Position numbers and translations under genes: made by a program. Positions 27,031 to 39,889 of a stretch of 64,000 nt of DNA are shown piece by piece. Below the pieces are notes generated by a model. That model made no database searches and had not been told where the DNA came from. It was given only the letters and a program-made list of their open reading frames with translations. The stretch's first letter is position 1; the number at the start of each line of letters is the position of its first letter. Source of the stretch: Xylographa opegraphella (lineage: Eukaryota); the NCBI GenBank assembly GCA_022813865.1, contig JALDZX010000002.1:248001-312000 (forward strand), given 5' to 3'.

Positions 27031-27733
27031 ATGGCCAACTACCTCGCCTCCATCTTTGGCACAGAGCAAGACAAAGTCAACTGTTCCTTCTACTACAAAA
27101 TCGGCGCCTGCCGACACGGCGACCGCTGCTCGCGCAAGCATGTCAAACCCTCCTACTCACAGACGATCTTGCTGCCCAATCTCTACCAGAATCCCGCCTA
27201 CGACCCCAAGAACAAGATGAACCCCTCCCAGCTCCAAAACCACTTCGACGCCTTCTACGAGGACTTCTGGTGCGAGATGTGCAAATACGGAGAGATCGAG
27301 GAGGTGGTAGTGTGCGACAACAATAACGATCGTACGTACATACTTTTTTGGCCTGGGAGCTCTGTTGAAGGTACAGCGCTGACGAATTTTTTGTGGTTCG
27401 ATAGATCTCATCGGCAATGTCTACGCACGCTTCAAATATGAGGACTCGGCGCAAACGGCCTGCGACGCGTTGAACTCGAGATGGTATGCCGCGCGACCCA
27501 TCTACTGCGAGCTGTCTCCCGTCACAGATTTCAGGGAAGCTTGCTGTCGGCTGAATAGTGGGGAGGGATGTGTGAGGGGCGGGTTCTGCAACTTCATCCA
27601 TCGCAAGGAGCCAAGCCCGGAGCTGGAGCGGGAGTTGGAGTTGGGGATGAAGAAGTGGCTCAGGCAGAGGGGTCATGATGAGCGGAGTATGAGCCGGAGT
27701 CCGAGCCCGGAGCCATCGAAGAAGCGTTATTGA
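27031..27733 (+). CDS. U2AF1: Splicing factor U2AF small subunit (U2AF35/U2AF23)
   Basis: [37 protein letters not shown]; second CCCH finger [17 protein letters not shown]; one intron ~27332..27404. Confidence 0.97.
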
Positions 27734-28328
27734 GTACGGCATCGACAAATACTGTTGCAAATCATATGAAGCTTCTTATGATCGAAAGAGTATGGGCGAG
27801 GTGCCTAGGAGCAACTTTGCTAGACTGAGATGTACGATACCAGCGCAGCTTCGGGACGGAAAAGCGAGCCTTGCATGAAGCAAAGCGTGGCGTTCGAGGA
27901 TAATGGCATTGTGCCTATCAGTGACGGGCATCCATGTCATGCAGTATCTATCACAAGAAATCAAGTACTTGTTCGAGTCTCCATTTCTCGTTTTCATTTC
28001 CATCTATCATTTTTGTGAAGTTACCAAACTACCATCACAATATCTCTACCTATATGTTGCAAGCTCTCTGAGCTTAACGCCAGCACACGGTACCTGCATG
28101 GCTGAAGCTACCACAAACTTCTTCTAGAAATGCCCTTCACGGTTCAGCACCTCAGGCGCCTTGTGTCGTCAAGCATGGCAAACTTGAGCGTTATTGCTTC
28201 CATCCAGAAAGCCAAATCTATCCAGTCCGGTATCTTTTTCTTTCCCTTGACAACTCCCCGGTCTCCACCGTGCTATCCCTTTACTCCATTTCCCCTTGCC
28301 AAACAAGGATTCAGGCTGAGCATGTTCT

Positions 28329-28702
28329 TCATGGAAAGCTAATCTTCTCCCCGTGCATGAACCAGCCGTGCCGACTTAGCCATATGAGCACCAGTGCTAT
28401 GATCGTAATAAAGACAACAAACATCAGGACCGAGAGACACAATGCCCGCCGCGTTTTCCGCTTTTCTTTGTGTTGGCTCTCAAGCCAGGACTCGCTAAAA
28501 AAGCGTATTAGTGTGATGAAGTATGTGGATGAAAGTGGAACAGGAGGATTGAAGAAAGCCAATGCAATATAGAGATAACATACGCATGCTTAAGGGATGG
28601 ACGTGTTGAGGACATGGGTGTTGCAGGTTGAGAGGCAGCTTCATCGAGGTGTACAGCGGTGGAGAAGCGCTTCCAAAACGCAGGATCCCTAACAGCAGCC
28701 AT
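28329..28702 (-). CDS. Small conserved fungal single-pass membrane protein
   Basis: MAAVRDPAFWKRFSTAVHLDE, intron GTATGT..CTAAT..TAG, then ESWLESQHKEKRK and one long hydrophobic helix. Confidence 0.7.
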
Positions 28703-29904
28703 TGGAGAGACAGATAAGATGTGGCCAAGTTGTGAGGAGTTAATGAATGTAATGAGAGATAGCTAATTGAATTGTTGTCAATAGCAAGTATGGACACTTT
28801 CGAACGTTGTAGGGTCTGCTGTGCTGAAAAGCCTGCTTGGGGTCACAAAAAGCCGTTTGGAAGCTGTTTGTTTTGAGGGGTAGAAAGTGGTATTCAGATT
28901 AGAGATAGATTCCTGGTAATGACTGTGTTATACCGACTGTGTCACAAAAGAGAGTAGTGTTTAAAGTACGGCTCAGGACGCAGGTGTGAAATAAGAGAAT
29001 TCGTTGTGTAGAGGAACAGAGATGGACATTGCAACAAACACATTAAGAGGTACCTCCGTAGTCCAGACTTCAATCTACTACTGACTAGCGGAGATCGACG
29101 CGGATGGAAGTATTGGCAGCACGGCGGACATTGGGCTAATTTGCTCAGACCGTGGTCTACGCCCTATCTTGAGGTTTCAGGGCCAATCAGAAGCCGTGCG
29201 CATCACATCTGGATCATGCCGTTTGATGCAAACAAGGAAACGGATGGCGCTGAGGGAGCGCGAATCGTCTCCTTTACAAGGCTTGTGAGTGGTGCAGAGG
29301 AGACATGGGCTGGAGATTACCTTGCCTTACTCTGTGGAGCCCGATCCGGATAGGGGAAGGCGTCTATATCATGTACCCGCTGCTAGACAGCCGCTAAGAA
29401 GACGTCCAGTGTTCCAACTTCTCTTGTAGAGTAAGGTAGTAAACTACCATCGTGCTTCTCATCAGTATGAGTTGTGCTTCATGTAGTACGAACCAGTTCT
29501 TGAGACTGTCCGTGAGAAATGTATCCATCACATATATCCATTATCTACGTGCAATATGGGAGAGAGTGGATTGTCGTCAAGCCCACATCCAGCATGTAGT
29601 TGAAGTTGCACTTAATCTCAAACAGCTCATCATATGCTGTTGGCATTAATGGATTATCGAGTCACAAATGGGAATGGCAGCAGTCTCCACAATGGCTCAG
29701 GATTTCAATCAAGTGAAATCAAGTGAAATCTTTTGCAAAGGTTGTCTCTGCGCAACAGATACCATACTGTCGATTATTGATTTGCCTTCGAAGAACAAAG
29801 CTGTTGAGCAGGGGTGCAGCATGTCTTTGGTACTCTCAGCAGCCCCTACTGTTCATTGCTCTCGCTACATCTGCTTCATACGTGGCAAAAGTTTTGTCCT
29901 GACC

Positions 29905-31299
29905 TCATTCATCATCTTCATCATCTGCACCCGCATCCCCTCCCTCCTCCTCCACCTCCTCCTCCTCGTCCTCCTCCTCCTCTTCTACTCCTTCCTCAGC
30001 TTCATCGCCTTCAATATTTTCCTCGTCAGTTTCGGCAGTCTCAGCGGTCCTTCCTTTACCTTTCTGCGCTTTCTTCGCCTTCTTCGTTTCTGTCTCATTC
30101 TTCAACTTTTGCCATCTCGCTTTTTCTTCGTCTTCGGTTGCCATATATCCCAACTTTCGCTCCATCTCTTTTATCATCATGTTTACTTTAACAAACTTGT
30201 CAAGACGGCCGGTATTCTTGAGGTCTTCAAGAAGGTCAGATCTCGTCTGCTTCTCCGCCGCAGTCAACTTGACACCGTGCTTTTTGTGCATTTTGTCGTC
30301 CCCAATATGTTGTTCAATAAGCAAATCCATGTTAATCTCTTGGTACATCAGTGCCGACACATACTCTCTAGTCAGCTCCAGTGCTTCGTTTGCCAAACGG
30401 TGTTCTCGCTCCTGGTGAAAAACATATGGTATCTGCTGGAGGAGTTTCGTACGGAGTTGAGAAAGTTCGTCCAAGTAGCATGGTATACGTTCTCCTGCCT
30501 TGTCATATTCCACTACTGGGAGAACCTTTCCATGGCCTTTAAATCTTGTTTTGTATAAGGGTTCAAGGCTCGGAGAATCATCTAGATACGATGATTTCGA
30601 TTGGTCATTGCCTCCACCTCTTGGACCGGAGGGTTTAGTCTGAAAACCCTGGCGATTGCTAGCTTGCGGCTGTCGGGTTTGCTTTGGTTTCTGTGCTTGT
30701 CGTTGCTGGGAGTGTTCAGCCTGCTCAGATGAATCGATATCCATAGCATCGGTTGATTTGCCGCCTGCTCGTCCTCCTCGTGGTGGTGGCATTTTCTTAG
30801 GTGCAGTTTGCTTGACTGCTTCAAATTCTTCTGGTGGTCCTTCGTCTTCAGTTGATTCAACTTGTGCGGACACTTCACTGGCTTTTAGTGCAGCAGCTCT
30901 CTTGTTTGCTGGCGTATTCTTTGCCGCTGATCCCTGCGCTGTTGGTTGCTTCTTTGCTGGCTGCTGCTTTGCTGCCGGTCCCGTTGCTGCTGGCTTCCTG
31001 GCTGCAGACACATTCTTGTTCGCTGCAGCATTCTTCACTTCGGCAACCTGCTTTCCCTCCTTAACCTTAACACAAGCTTCAGTGCCATCTTCTTCGTTCG
31101 TCGCATCGGAAGTTGAAGCTGCGTCTGAGCCTTCGTTGGCAGCATCGATCTCAACAGCAGAATCAGTCTCAGCCACGGGTGAAAGATCTGCAACAGTGGC
31201 CATAGCGCGGGTCATCCGAGCAGGCTTGGCTGACTTCTTAGCCGGAGTCACCGGGGGCGTCGCTGGCGTGAGGTGCGGCATCTTTGGTTTGGGCGGCAT
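29905..31299 (-). CDS. Intronless low-complexity orphan protein (Ala/Lys-rich N-terminus, acidic tail)
   Basis: 464-codon ATG-started ORF; no recognisable domain. Confidence 0.65.
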   Translation of the reverse strand: MPPKPKMPHLTPATPPVTPAKKSAKPARMTRAMATVADLSPVAETDSAVEIDAANEGSDAASTSDATNEEDGTEACVKVKEGKQVAEVKNAAANKNVSAARKPAATGPAAKQQPAKKQPTAQGSAAKNTPANKRAAALKASEVSAQVESTEDEGPPEEFEAVKQTAPKKMPPPRGGRAGGKSTDAMDIDSSEQAEHSQQRQAQKPKQTRQPQASNRQGFQTKPSGPRGGGNDQSKSSYLDDSPSLEPLYKTRFKGHGKVLPVVEYDKAGERIPCYLDELSQLRTKLLQQIPYVFHQEREHRLANEALELTREYVSALMYQEINMDLLIEQHIGDDKMHKKHGVKLTAAEKQTRSDLLEDLKNTGRLDKFVKVNMMIKEMERKLGYMATEDEEKARWQKLKNETETKKAKKAQKGKGRTAETAETDEENIEGDEAEEGVEEEEEDEEEEVEEEGGDAGADDEDDE

Positions 31300-31915
31300 G
31301 ATGCTTTGTTGTGGTCAGATGGCTACTACTGAGTGTAGTGGCAAGCTTGATGAGAATTGTAGGATGTAGGATGGGAGAAGTTCTTGGTGTGCCGAAGAAA
31401 GGTATGAACATGAGTCTAGCGTCTGGTGGGCCGTGCGGACGACGGTTGTGTTGGAGCCAGATACCTATCTACCTACCTTACTCAGGTAAGCCGTTTCATT
31501 TCCCTCTCCCATTCACGCATTTACGGTTTACGTGGGATTCTCTAGCGTGGTATACTTGATTCTCGATCTGAGGTTCAACTACTAGAGTAGTGTCTGAGTG
31601 AATGGATATCAGATAGTGATTTATGCTTCATGGGTAATCATGAGTCGTTATTGTCATGAACTTTGTACTTGGTATTTGCAGTTGAGAATATACATGGGTG
31701 TGGATACAAGGCCCCAAGAAACATGCTTCTTGTTTTTACAGTAGGAAATTTACCTGCTCATGATTCCTCGCATAGCCCATAAATATAGCAACAGCAATTT
31801 ATGGTACAGCTGATCGGCTGTCCTTGACTGGCCCCACCAATGCAATGAAGCGGCAGAACTAAAAACCATAAAGCCTCCACAGCTGTGATACTCGTCTCGG
31901 CAAGGCGCTCTCCGC

Positions 31916-32620
31916 TTAGGCAGTAGGTGGCGCAGCGACTCTGTCGGGAACCTCAGGCTTCACTTCCATCACCACTCGCAGCAAGTCCTGCACGATCTTG
32001 TCACCAGTCTTGCCGCCAGCCTCCTTGATCTCTGCTAGCTTGCTCTCGGCATCTTTGCTAGCGTCTTCCTCGGCTTTCTTGTTGCCACTTGAGTGCTACC
32101 CAGAGATTGATGTCAACCAAGGGTGTTTTACAGCCGTGAGATATTTGGTAGCAGAAGTGGCCGAATGTTTATGAGAGGGGAATGTGATATGATTCGGCGA
32201 AATATCAAGACGTACCTCTGTCTGGAACTTCTTGAATTCCTCATCTTTCTGCTTCCGGTATTCTTCGATCTCTTTCTGTGCTTCCGCTTTGGCGTCCCTT
32301 ACTCGCTTCGTGCGATCTATGCGTAGTCGTTAGAGTTGAATGAATGGAAGGGGACTGGGATAGGCATTGAGAGAGACCAACACTCTCTAGCTATAGACAT
32401 GTTAGCGCTCATCAATAGTCAAGTCACTCAATGAGCACGTACCTTTCTGTACGATCTTCTGGGCCTCTCTTTCTGCCTACTGAGCTTCAGCAATTGGTAC
32501 ACCACTCATTGAGGAGGAACGTACATCTAGGAGGGTCTGAATCCCTGCAGAGTTTTGGGCAGACTAGAGAGATTATCAGCAATACCATAGTCTTCGTTCC
32601 GACGAGCATTGGCGTACCAT
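31916..32620 (-). CDS. VMA10: V-type ATPase subunit G
   Basis: Six exons splice to MSAQNSAGIQTLLDAEREAQKIVQKAREYRTKRVRDAKAEAQKEIEEYR..; not in the ORF track. Confidence 0.95.
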
Positions 32621-32797
32621 TTCGTGTAGCTGTCGTGGTATTTACTAGACACGATGCCTGCTAATGACGGAAGTTGGTTGTCTCGAAACTCTGGATTAAG
32701 CTCAACCCTGCCGCGCTAGCACGTAACTAAGGAGTCTAGTAAAATGTATCAAGGTTGATGAGCACTACTTTCAAGTCACCTTCAATTTGGTTTCAAC

Positions 32798-33124
32798 ATG
32801 TCGAGAGCTTCAAAGCTGACGTTGTTTGGGACATCATGTATGGCTGCCGCAATTGTTGTCGGTGTTCACTACTCACAGCGAGCTGAGAAAGCTGTGCGTA
32901 ATATGTATCTTTGTATTTATTTCAGATCTCTATCGGCTAAGTCATCATAGGCTATGCATGCAGGGGTTGTTCGCGATATTGAACAGCAGAGGGTGAAAAA
33001 GGAGCGTCAAGCCGATTTCGAAATGCAAAAAGCTTTGGAAGAGGAGTACAAGAAACTTCAGCAAGTTCACGATACGGTGCCTCCGGTTGTCGGTAGTGCA
33101 GGAGCTGGGGGCAACGTTGCATAA
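32798..33124 (+). CDS. PET117: Cytochrome c oxidase assembly factor Pet117
   Basis: MSRASKLTLFGT..IVVGVHYSQRAEKA, intron ~32894..32950, AMHAGVVRDIEQQRVKKERQADFEMQKALEEEY; not in the ORF track. Confidence 0.9.
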
Positions 33125-33618
33125 CGAGCTCGTGTTATGAATGCACATAATCTGCTTGTGAAAGGGGATAAAAGTATGAAACAAGATGTGTGAACAGAAT
33201 TTGTGGTATATATGAACGTGGTACGCCTTTTGCCTTGCTCGGTACGCAAAAAGTCTAGTGTTTCACGCAATTAACGAATATATCAGGGTAAAAGAATACA
33301 ACATCTGGTCACGGTTACTAGAATATATGTGCAGCAAGGCCAGACTATTGATTAATGTGCAATATCTCGATGGGTACAAACGAGCTATGCCAGCTGCCTG
33401 TTATCGGAAGTACGGGGGATGGTAATTCGGGTCATGGATTATCAAAAGTGTCTAATATCTGGGATGTTATAACCCTAATACGGACAGAGCCCTAACTAAT
33501 AAAAGTAAACGATCTTGCTAAGAAATCAGATTTCCGGTGCAAACCAATGCAATCATGACATGCCAGGGTCCGATATTTGACAACAACAATTTGCACAGTG
33601 AGGAGAGATCGACACAAC

Positions 33619-34593
33619 TCAGGCTTCCACTACCAAGAATGACTCAACCTTCTTCATATCACTAGACGATTCGTTCTTGATCGCTTTCATGGTACGAATA
33701 ATCATCGATCGGACAAGAGTTTGTGGCGCGTTGACGAGAAAGAACTTCTGCAACGCATGAGGGAAGAATGGAGTCATCAAAACCGATCCACATCCAACTT
33801 TATCCAGCGTGACCTGAGCCTCGACTCTAGCACTTGGAACGAAGAGGCTTATCTCCACTTTGAATCCGTTGGTGGACACCGCTCCCACCAGCGCCGCATG
33901 GACCGTCACATCCTTTCCGTCAGCCTGCAGCTCCGTTTGCAACCCGGTGGAATACGACAATAAATAGCCCTTAGTCCCTGCATAAACGGGAATCCATGGA
34001 CCCGCAAGATATGCCAGGGATCCAATATTGAGGATCAAGCTGGGTCCGTTCCGGATGAGTGCAGGCAACAGTGTCTTTGTGATTTGTGTAGTAAAGCCAG
34101 CATTGAGGTTGATCACTTTATCTATCTCATCATGAGTATACTCTTCTAGGCTCTTAAACGGGACGGATAGAGGATGGGTGCCGCCGACGTTATTGATTAG
34201 GATTGTAAGCTGGATATCGCCAGTAAGCTTCAGTAACTCATCAGTCGTGATTGAGCCAGCAGAAGCATCAGCGACGATTAACCTGATTTTGCGGGACGGG
34301 AAGTTCTGAGCCAGCTTTGCGGCACACTTTTCCAGTTTCTGCCTGTTCCTGCCGTGTAATATGACATTGAAGCCACGAGCAGAAAGTTCTTCTGCAAAGC
34401 CGTACCCAATACCATCGCTGGCACCTGTGATTAGAGCCCAGGAATCTTTCGGCCTATGTTGATACCTAGGAAGCGAGGAAGGGCGGAGAAATGAGTAGAG
34501 TGCATTTGAAGCGAGATGTACTGCATAGGAAGCTGTCACCACACCTGTGTAATAGAAGAAATTTTCTGTCACCATGGTATGTTGTCGTGTCAT
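33619..34593 (-). CDS. Short-chain dehydrogenase/reductase (17beta-HSD / ketoacyl-CoA reductase-like)
   Basis: WALITGASDGIG, ILINNVGG, NIGS, YAGTK catalytic motif; N-terminal hydrophobic segment. Confidence 0.9.
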   Translation of the reverse strand: MTRQHTMVTENFFYYTGVVTASYAVHLASNALYSFLRPSSLPRYQHRPKDSWALITGASDGIGYGFAEELSARGFNVILHGRNRQKLEKCAAKLAQNFPSRKIRLIVADASAGSITTDELLKLTGDIQLTILINNVGGTHPLSVPFKSLEEYTHDEIDKVINLNAGFTTQITKTLLPALIRNGPSLILNIGSLAYLAGPWIPVYAGTKGYLLSYSTGLQTELQADGKDVTVHAALVGAVSTNGFKVEISLFVPSARVEAQVTLDKVGCGSVLMTPFFPHALQKFFLVNAPQTLVRSMIIRTMKAIKNESSSDMKKVESFLVVEA

Positions 34594-35155
34594 CCAGAAG
34601 GAGGCGGTCCAGTTTGCTTTCTATGACATCCTGCCTGGCCTAACCCCGCTCACGTCTGTGGCACGGTAGCGTTATGGATTTATGGCTGAAATCACAATCT
34701 GGTGTAATGAGTTTGAAAGTCTGAGGCATGAGAGTCGTCGGTCAACACAGTAGCTCTGAGGTGGGAAAATTGGGAGGCACGAATTGCTAGCCTACGCAGA
34801 AGTTACCGTAAATATAGAACTCCCTCTTAGGGTTCGCACTTCTAGAAACAGACAAGTAGAAATTCACATCATTAACCACTTTCTTTTCTGTTTGTCCATT
34901 TCTTACGGAGGTTGTTCAACACTACTTCGTTACCAGAATCGGTTCAAGGGTGTTAGGCCAATGAAAGACCATACCGTGATCCTTGCAGTAACGCCGACGC
35001 CAACGCCAACGCCAAAACACAGACATCATCACGCAGCATAACTGAACACGCGGGTGGCTGGTATGTATAGGCAAGCATCATGAACTCCAGCTCACTATTG
35101 TATCTTCTTCTTCTTCTTCGTTTAGTACCATGATCGCTGTGTGTCGAACCTTCAT

Positions 35156-37502
35156 ATGGCGGACCCTTTCGACGACATGTCGCTCGAAGCGCTTCTATCG
35201 CAATCTCCGATTGAAATACGGCACGACAGTAGTTTCAAGTGCTGCTGTGGGAACCAGAGGTGTGCATATTTAGAACACAACAATGCAGCATTAAGGGGGC
35301 TTGAAAAGGATTTACAATCGGCCGCCCAGATTGGTCAGGTAAGTCGGCCAAATCTGCGACCATGTTTCCCAACCTTACCTACACCTCGTTGTCATTAGCA
35401 ATGTCAAACATATTGTTCGTCGCTGCACGAGTGCCCAACTCAAAGCTGCTCTACTGGGAATGTCGCTCACGTTTGCCTTGCAGGCTCTTCTTATCCGCCA
35501 TGAATCGAACATGCGGGATGCCGAAAAGGAGCGCCGTCAAATGGCCGCGAGTATCGAGCAACTTGAGTTAGAGAAGAAAGAGCTGGAGACAGCCAATGCT
35601 AGGACCATAGAAGAAAATCGCGAGTTGTTGGATCAACTAGAAAGTCTCAACAATACAGCGACGGAATCGGACCTGCAAATTCATTCATTGACTGCAACGC
35701 TTCAGTCCACACGTCAAGAATTACAAAAATTGACCATACTCGCCGGGCGCGCGGCGCAACTGGAAGCGCAACTTTCAGCTATGGAGACCGAGCAAGCCGA
35801 CCTTCAATCACAACTGTTTTCTTGTGAAGAGGACAACAAATCTGCCATTCAGAGGTGGAAATCGGCCGAGCGGACACTGGATCATCTCAAAGATCAAGTC
35901 GATAGAATGGAAAGAGAGGCACGGGAAGAGCGTGAGAGGCATATCGAGGTCGTGGGCCGTATGGAGAGGCGAAGGATAGTGGAAAATGAATTGGAAAATG
36001 CAGCTGGTCGACTGAAGGGAGCTGCTGCAATGACTCTTGGACGAACTCAAACAGGAGGCACCAGTGTAGTGTCACACTTTGTAAAGGACATTCTCCAGGA
36101 CAACGCGAACCTACAGATGGGAATTGTTGAGCTTCGGGAAATGCTCATGAGCTCGAATGCGGAGGTGGAAACCCTGAGGGAGCAAATGCTACTACATCAC
36201 GACGGGGTGGCCATGGACAAGAATGCTACTTTGAAAGTGGAACTACTTAAGAGTACATCCTCCGAGCCCGTGCCAGAAGTACATGTTCACCACCACTACC
36301 ATGCCCCAGAAGTATCGGTGCATAGGAAAACCAAGAAGAAGCGCGCTGTTGTTGCTGCAAGTCATTTCCATCCATCTTCGGGCTCCTCAACTCCACGTGC
36401 GCCTAGCATCAAAGACTGGCAGATTCCACCGCCCTCGTCGGCGGCTGCTATTCTATCGCAGACCTCCGTCTCGATACCTCAGATGCAGCGCCCCTTGCCG
36501 TCGCAACGATATTCAATTGCATCAGATCAAAGTGGCGAATCGTTCACACCTTCTAGCTTAACGAGCTCACCACAATCCGTCTTCCGAACTTCCTCGGTTT
36601 TCGACAGTATTGATGCTGCTCATGATTCTTCCAGACCCACCTCTCCTGAGTCAAGTGTCCCGGATTCGCCAATGGTATTTGCTCGAGATAATCTCAAAAT
36701 CTCGAAGCCGTCATCTCGCAGCTTCTCTGCGCCCAAACAATTACAGCTTATGACGCGTCAACCTCAAGCGCCGCCCACGGCTTTTCACAACGATGGTTTA
36801 CTGAATCGTGATCATGTGAAAGGTCTGCCCTACACTGGTAATGCGACTCGTCCTAGAATAAATGACTCAACCATCGTTGAAGGTCCAGAATATGATAGCT
36901 ATGAGGACTCCGAAAGACCCTGTCTTGAAGATGACGCACATACGGGCGACACACCTACGTTCGCACATGCTTCACATCCTAAGCTCCGTCGCGCCGCTTC
37001 CCATGAGAGTCTCATCTCCGTTTCTGGCATGGATATTCACACCCTTCGCGATCGTCCCTCCCAGATGTTCATCGGCCGCGGCTTTACACCCCAGAACCTC
37101 TACTCGCGCCCCTCTCCTACAACACCAGTACCGTCTTCTAACCCAATCTTAAGTCCCACTACGGCGACGGGCCACCCTGCGGTTCAGCGAAGAGATCGGG
37201 ACAGTAGTGACTACAACCGCTCGCTACTGGCTTCCCATGCTCGGAACGATGGCAGCCAACCCTCCTTCGGGAGACTTGTCGGAGGATGGGTATGGGGCAA
37301 AAAAGCAGTGACGACGATGGTGTCAGCGGGAGACTTGCGAGCCAAGGCGGCGTCACCAACGGGTCCCTCTGATGGGCGACCGCCAGGGGTAAACCAAAGT
37401 GGGCCGGTACGTGGGCTCCGGCCGCCGCCGAAAGCGCCGATACAGGTGCAGCCCGCAAGGGTGGATACGGGGCTGTTGCAGGAATTGCTGGAGGAAGGGT
37501 GA
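35156..37502 (+). CDS. Conserved fungal coiled-coil protein
   Basis: Exon 1 CCCGNQRCAYLEHN..LEKDLQSAAQIGQ, intron 35339..35483, ALL.. long heptad region, then Ser/Pro-rich tail. Confidence 0.8.
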
Positions 37503-38524
37503 GGAGTGGTTAGATGTATGATGGACAACGATCACGATGATGATGAGTGGTGGCTTTGGAGCCAATTCTGTTTGAGTGGTGGATAGGATAGTACGTCTAG
37601 GATACCCCGCGTATATATACGCTGAATATGCTGTACACTATGTTACTACCAAACCCCCTGCGTCATCTTGTTTCACACGCTGCGTATCAAACTTACCACA
37701 CCGCCTTGTCCACCGTTCTAGAAAGCCTATCTGCTCCTACTCCGCTTCCAACCTATGCGGCTTCGTTATTGTGGCCACTCGGTCTCCGCCACTCATTCCC
37801 CTTTCACATCTACACGCGCCCCAACGCGACCCATCGCTATACCTCAGTCGTCCCGTATCCTACTCCTTTCGTCGTATCACGTCCGTGGGCGTGTTTGGCT
37901 CCGTGATTGACGAATTAGCGATGATAAGCAGGTAGGGACGAAAGGGAAAGCCGATGGGTGAGGCCAAATGGTGATGCGAGAAGATGATGGAGGGGAGGCG
38001 GAGGGGAGGCGGAGGGTAAGTTGATGGTGCCGGACAGGGATGGAAGATTCGCGGGGATGTAACGATGGTCGGGTACGTTGTTGGCTAAAGGACACCCATC
38101 GTCAGGCTTGGCGTCATTGACGGCGGCGAGGGCCGTGAAGTATGCGGCGAGGGTGGCAGTCACTGGTTTTGAGTGGTTGCTGAGCGAATCTATTCGGACT
38201 GTCGATTACGGCAGCGGTGACCGCGGAGTATTGTGATAGGTTTGAGGCTCGATCTGTGGTAAAGTAGGGTTTGCCCAGAGATACGCCGTGGTCATGTATT
38301 GCAACAGGGATGATTTATTGTCCTTATTGGCTCGGTGATTGGTGATGATTTTTGGGTCATGGTGTATGCGGGAAGTCTCTCATTCGAACACAGAGAGAAA
38401 GACCTTGCCTGGTTAATGGTTTTTATTGGAATACGCCTCGGGATATTGTGCTACGGGCTCAGTAAGCTTGGATGAAACAAGCTGTCGGGTTCGGGAGACC
38501 AATTCAGCAGGAGGTTGATGAATG

Positions 38525-38574
38525 CCTGATATCGTCTACCTGATATCGTCAACCTGATATCGTCAACCTGATAT
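38525..38574. repeat. 14-bp tandem repeat CCTGATATCGTC(T/A)A, about 3.5 copies
   Basis: Directly visible in sequence. Confidence 0.9.
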
Positions 38575-39889
38575 TGCTTATGAAATTTCTGTTGCAAATA
38601 CATGAATAGCTATGACAATTTGCGATCCTGTGTTCCATAAGTGTGTCATCAGATTAAAAAATATATGCGGGCTTCGTCAATTCATTGCTAGTATCCGTAA
38701 AGTCGAGTAGACTACCAATATGACGAAACTTTTTTCACAAGCGCAAACGCACGATGACCCATCAGTTTGCTGCCAAATGGTCTTTGCGCAGTGCTTTCAA
38801 TGTAGGCAAGAACAAGTCATAAGCACCGTGAGCTGACAATATCAGGCTTGCTTCCGAAGACCTCGATAGTTATCGATACAGTACAGCACATCGGGACATC
38901 CTGCACCCTTTCATAGGTTCACAGGGACTCTTCGGCCGATGGAGTATCACAGACTCTGAGATGAGGAAAATGGAAGATGCAAATATGCAGGGAGCCCACG
39001 TGGTTACAGGCAATTGATCGAGGCACGAATTGACTGGACAATTACACAGGGCGCCGAGCTGACGGAGATACTTCTCGAGCCTTTTGAAGAACAACTTCTT
39101 CACGAATGCAGAGAGAATCAGCATCTACAAAGCAAGTCGGAGCAAGGTGACGAGAACCACAGTCCGATGTGGCGCGTACCCTCACCCACGAAGATATTCT
39201 CGTTCATTTAGATTGAGCCATGAAGACAAAACCGGCCCTCGACTGGGGAGTAAGCCTCAGCAAGGTATGTGTGCAGTACCGAACCAAGGAAGCAACTGGT
39301 AAGTTAATCTCTCCTATGGTTCCGATAGTTCTAAGCTCTCCCAAAGAGGCTGGAAAAGTGGGACTCATATATGGCCTTTGGCTGTCCCATGGAATTCCCT
39401 CGAAAACACGGGCTTCGATCGTATGAAGTGGCGTTCTGGGAGCAGCTGGTGAGGTTGCACACTGGACACTGGCTGGATACGACTGCCGGCTAGCAGAGAT
39501 GGGAAAAGGGGTTTCTTTTGCCAGCACAAGGCTGATCTTTTTTGATAAGCGCAACGAGAAGATCCCGGCCTAAGCGGCGTCGGTGGTCCAATCATCGTAC
39601 CACGCTGGTCAATCCTTACCCGCCTTGGGAAAGGGGGGCCAGCAGAATTGACGTTCCGGCTTGGCGGCGCCCTCCCAACGGACTAGAGAATCGTAACCCG
39701 AAATAACCACCCAAGCTCTAAGTTAAAAAACTCGATAACCAAAGTCAACAATAAAGAATCTCCGTCCTCCAAACCTGTCCTCTTCTGGGATTACAACTGT
39801 TCTCTGCTACTCACTTACCCATCGAAGATATACCTTACGTCCCTATCCTCAAGCAGTGAGAAACCTGCCCTCTGTCTGACCTCCAATCT

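Noticed and set aside
33470..33500. TAACCCTAA..CCCTAA as a telomerase RNA template or interstitial telomere
   Set aside because: Only 1.5 repeats in a ~500-bp convergent spacer, too short for a filamentous-fungal telomerase RNA; no pseudoknot seen nearby
37915..38360. Minus-strand protein-like fragments downstream of the coiled-coil gene
   Set aside because: Short, frame-broken, unrecognisable, and explained by local C/G skew
38525..38574. Repeat as a CRISPR-like array
   Set aside because: Units are contiguous with no spacers; eukaryotic context; no cas genes
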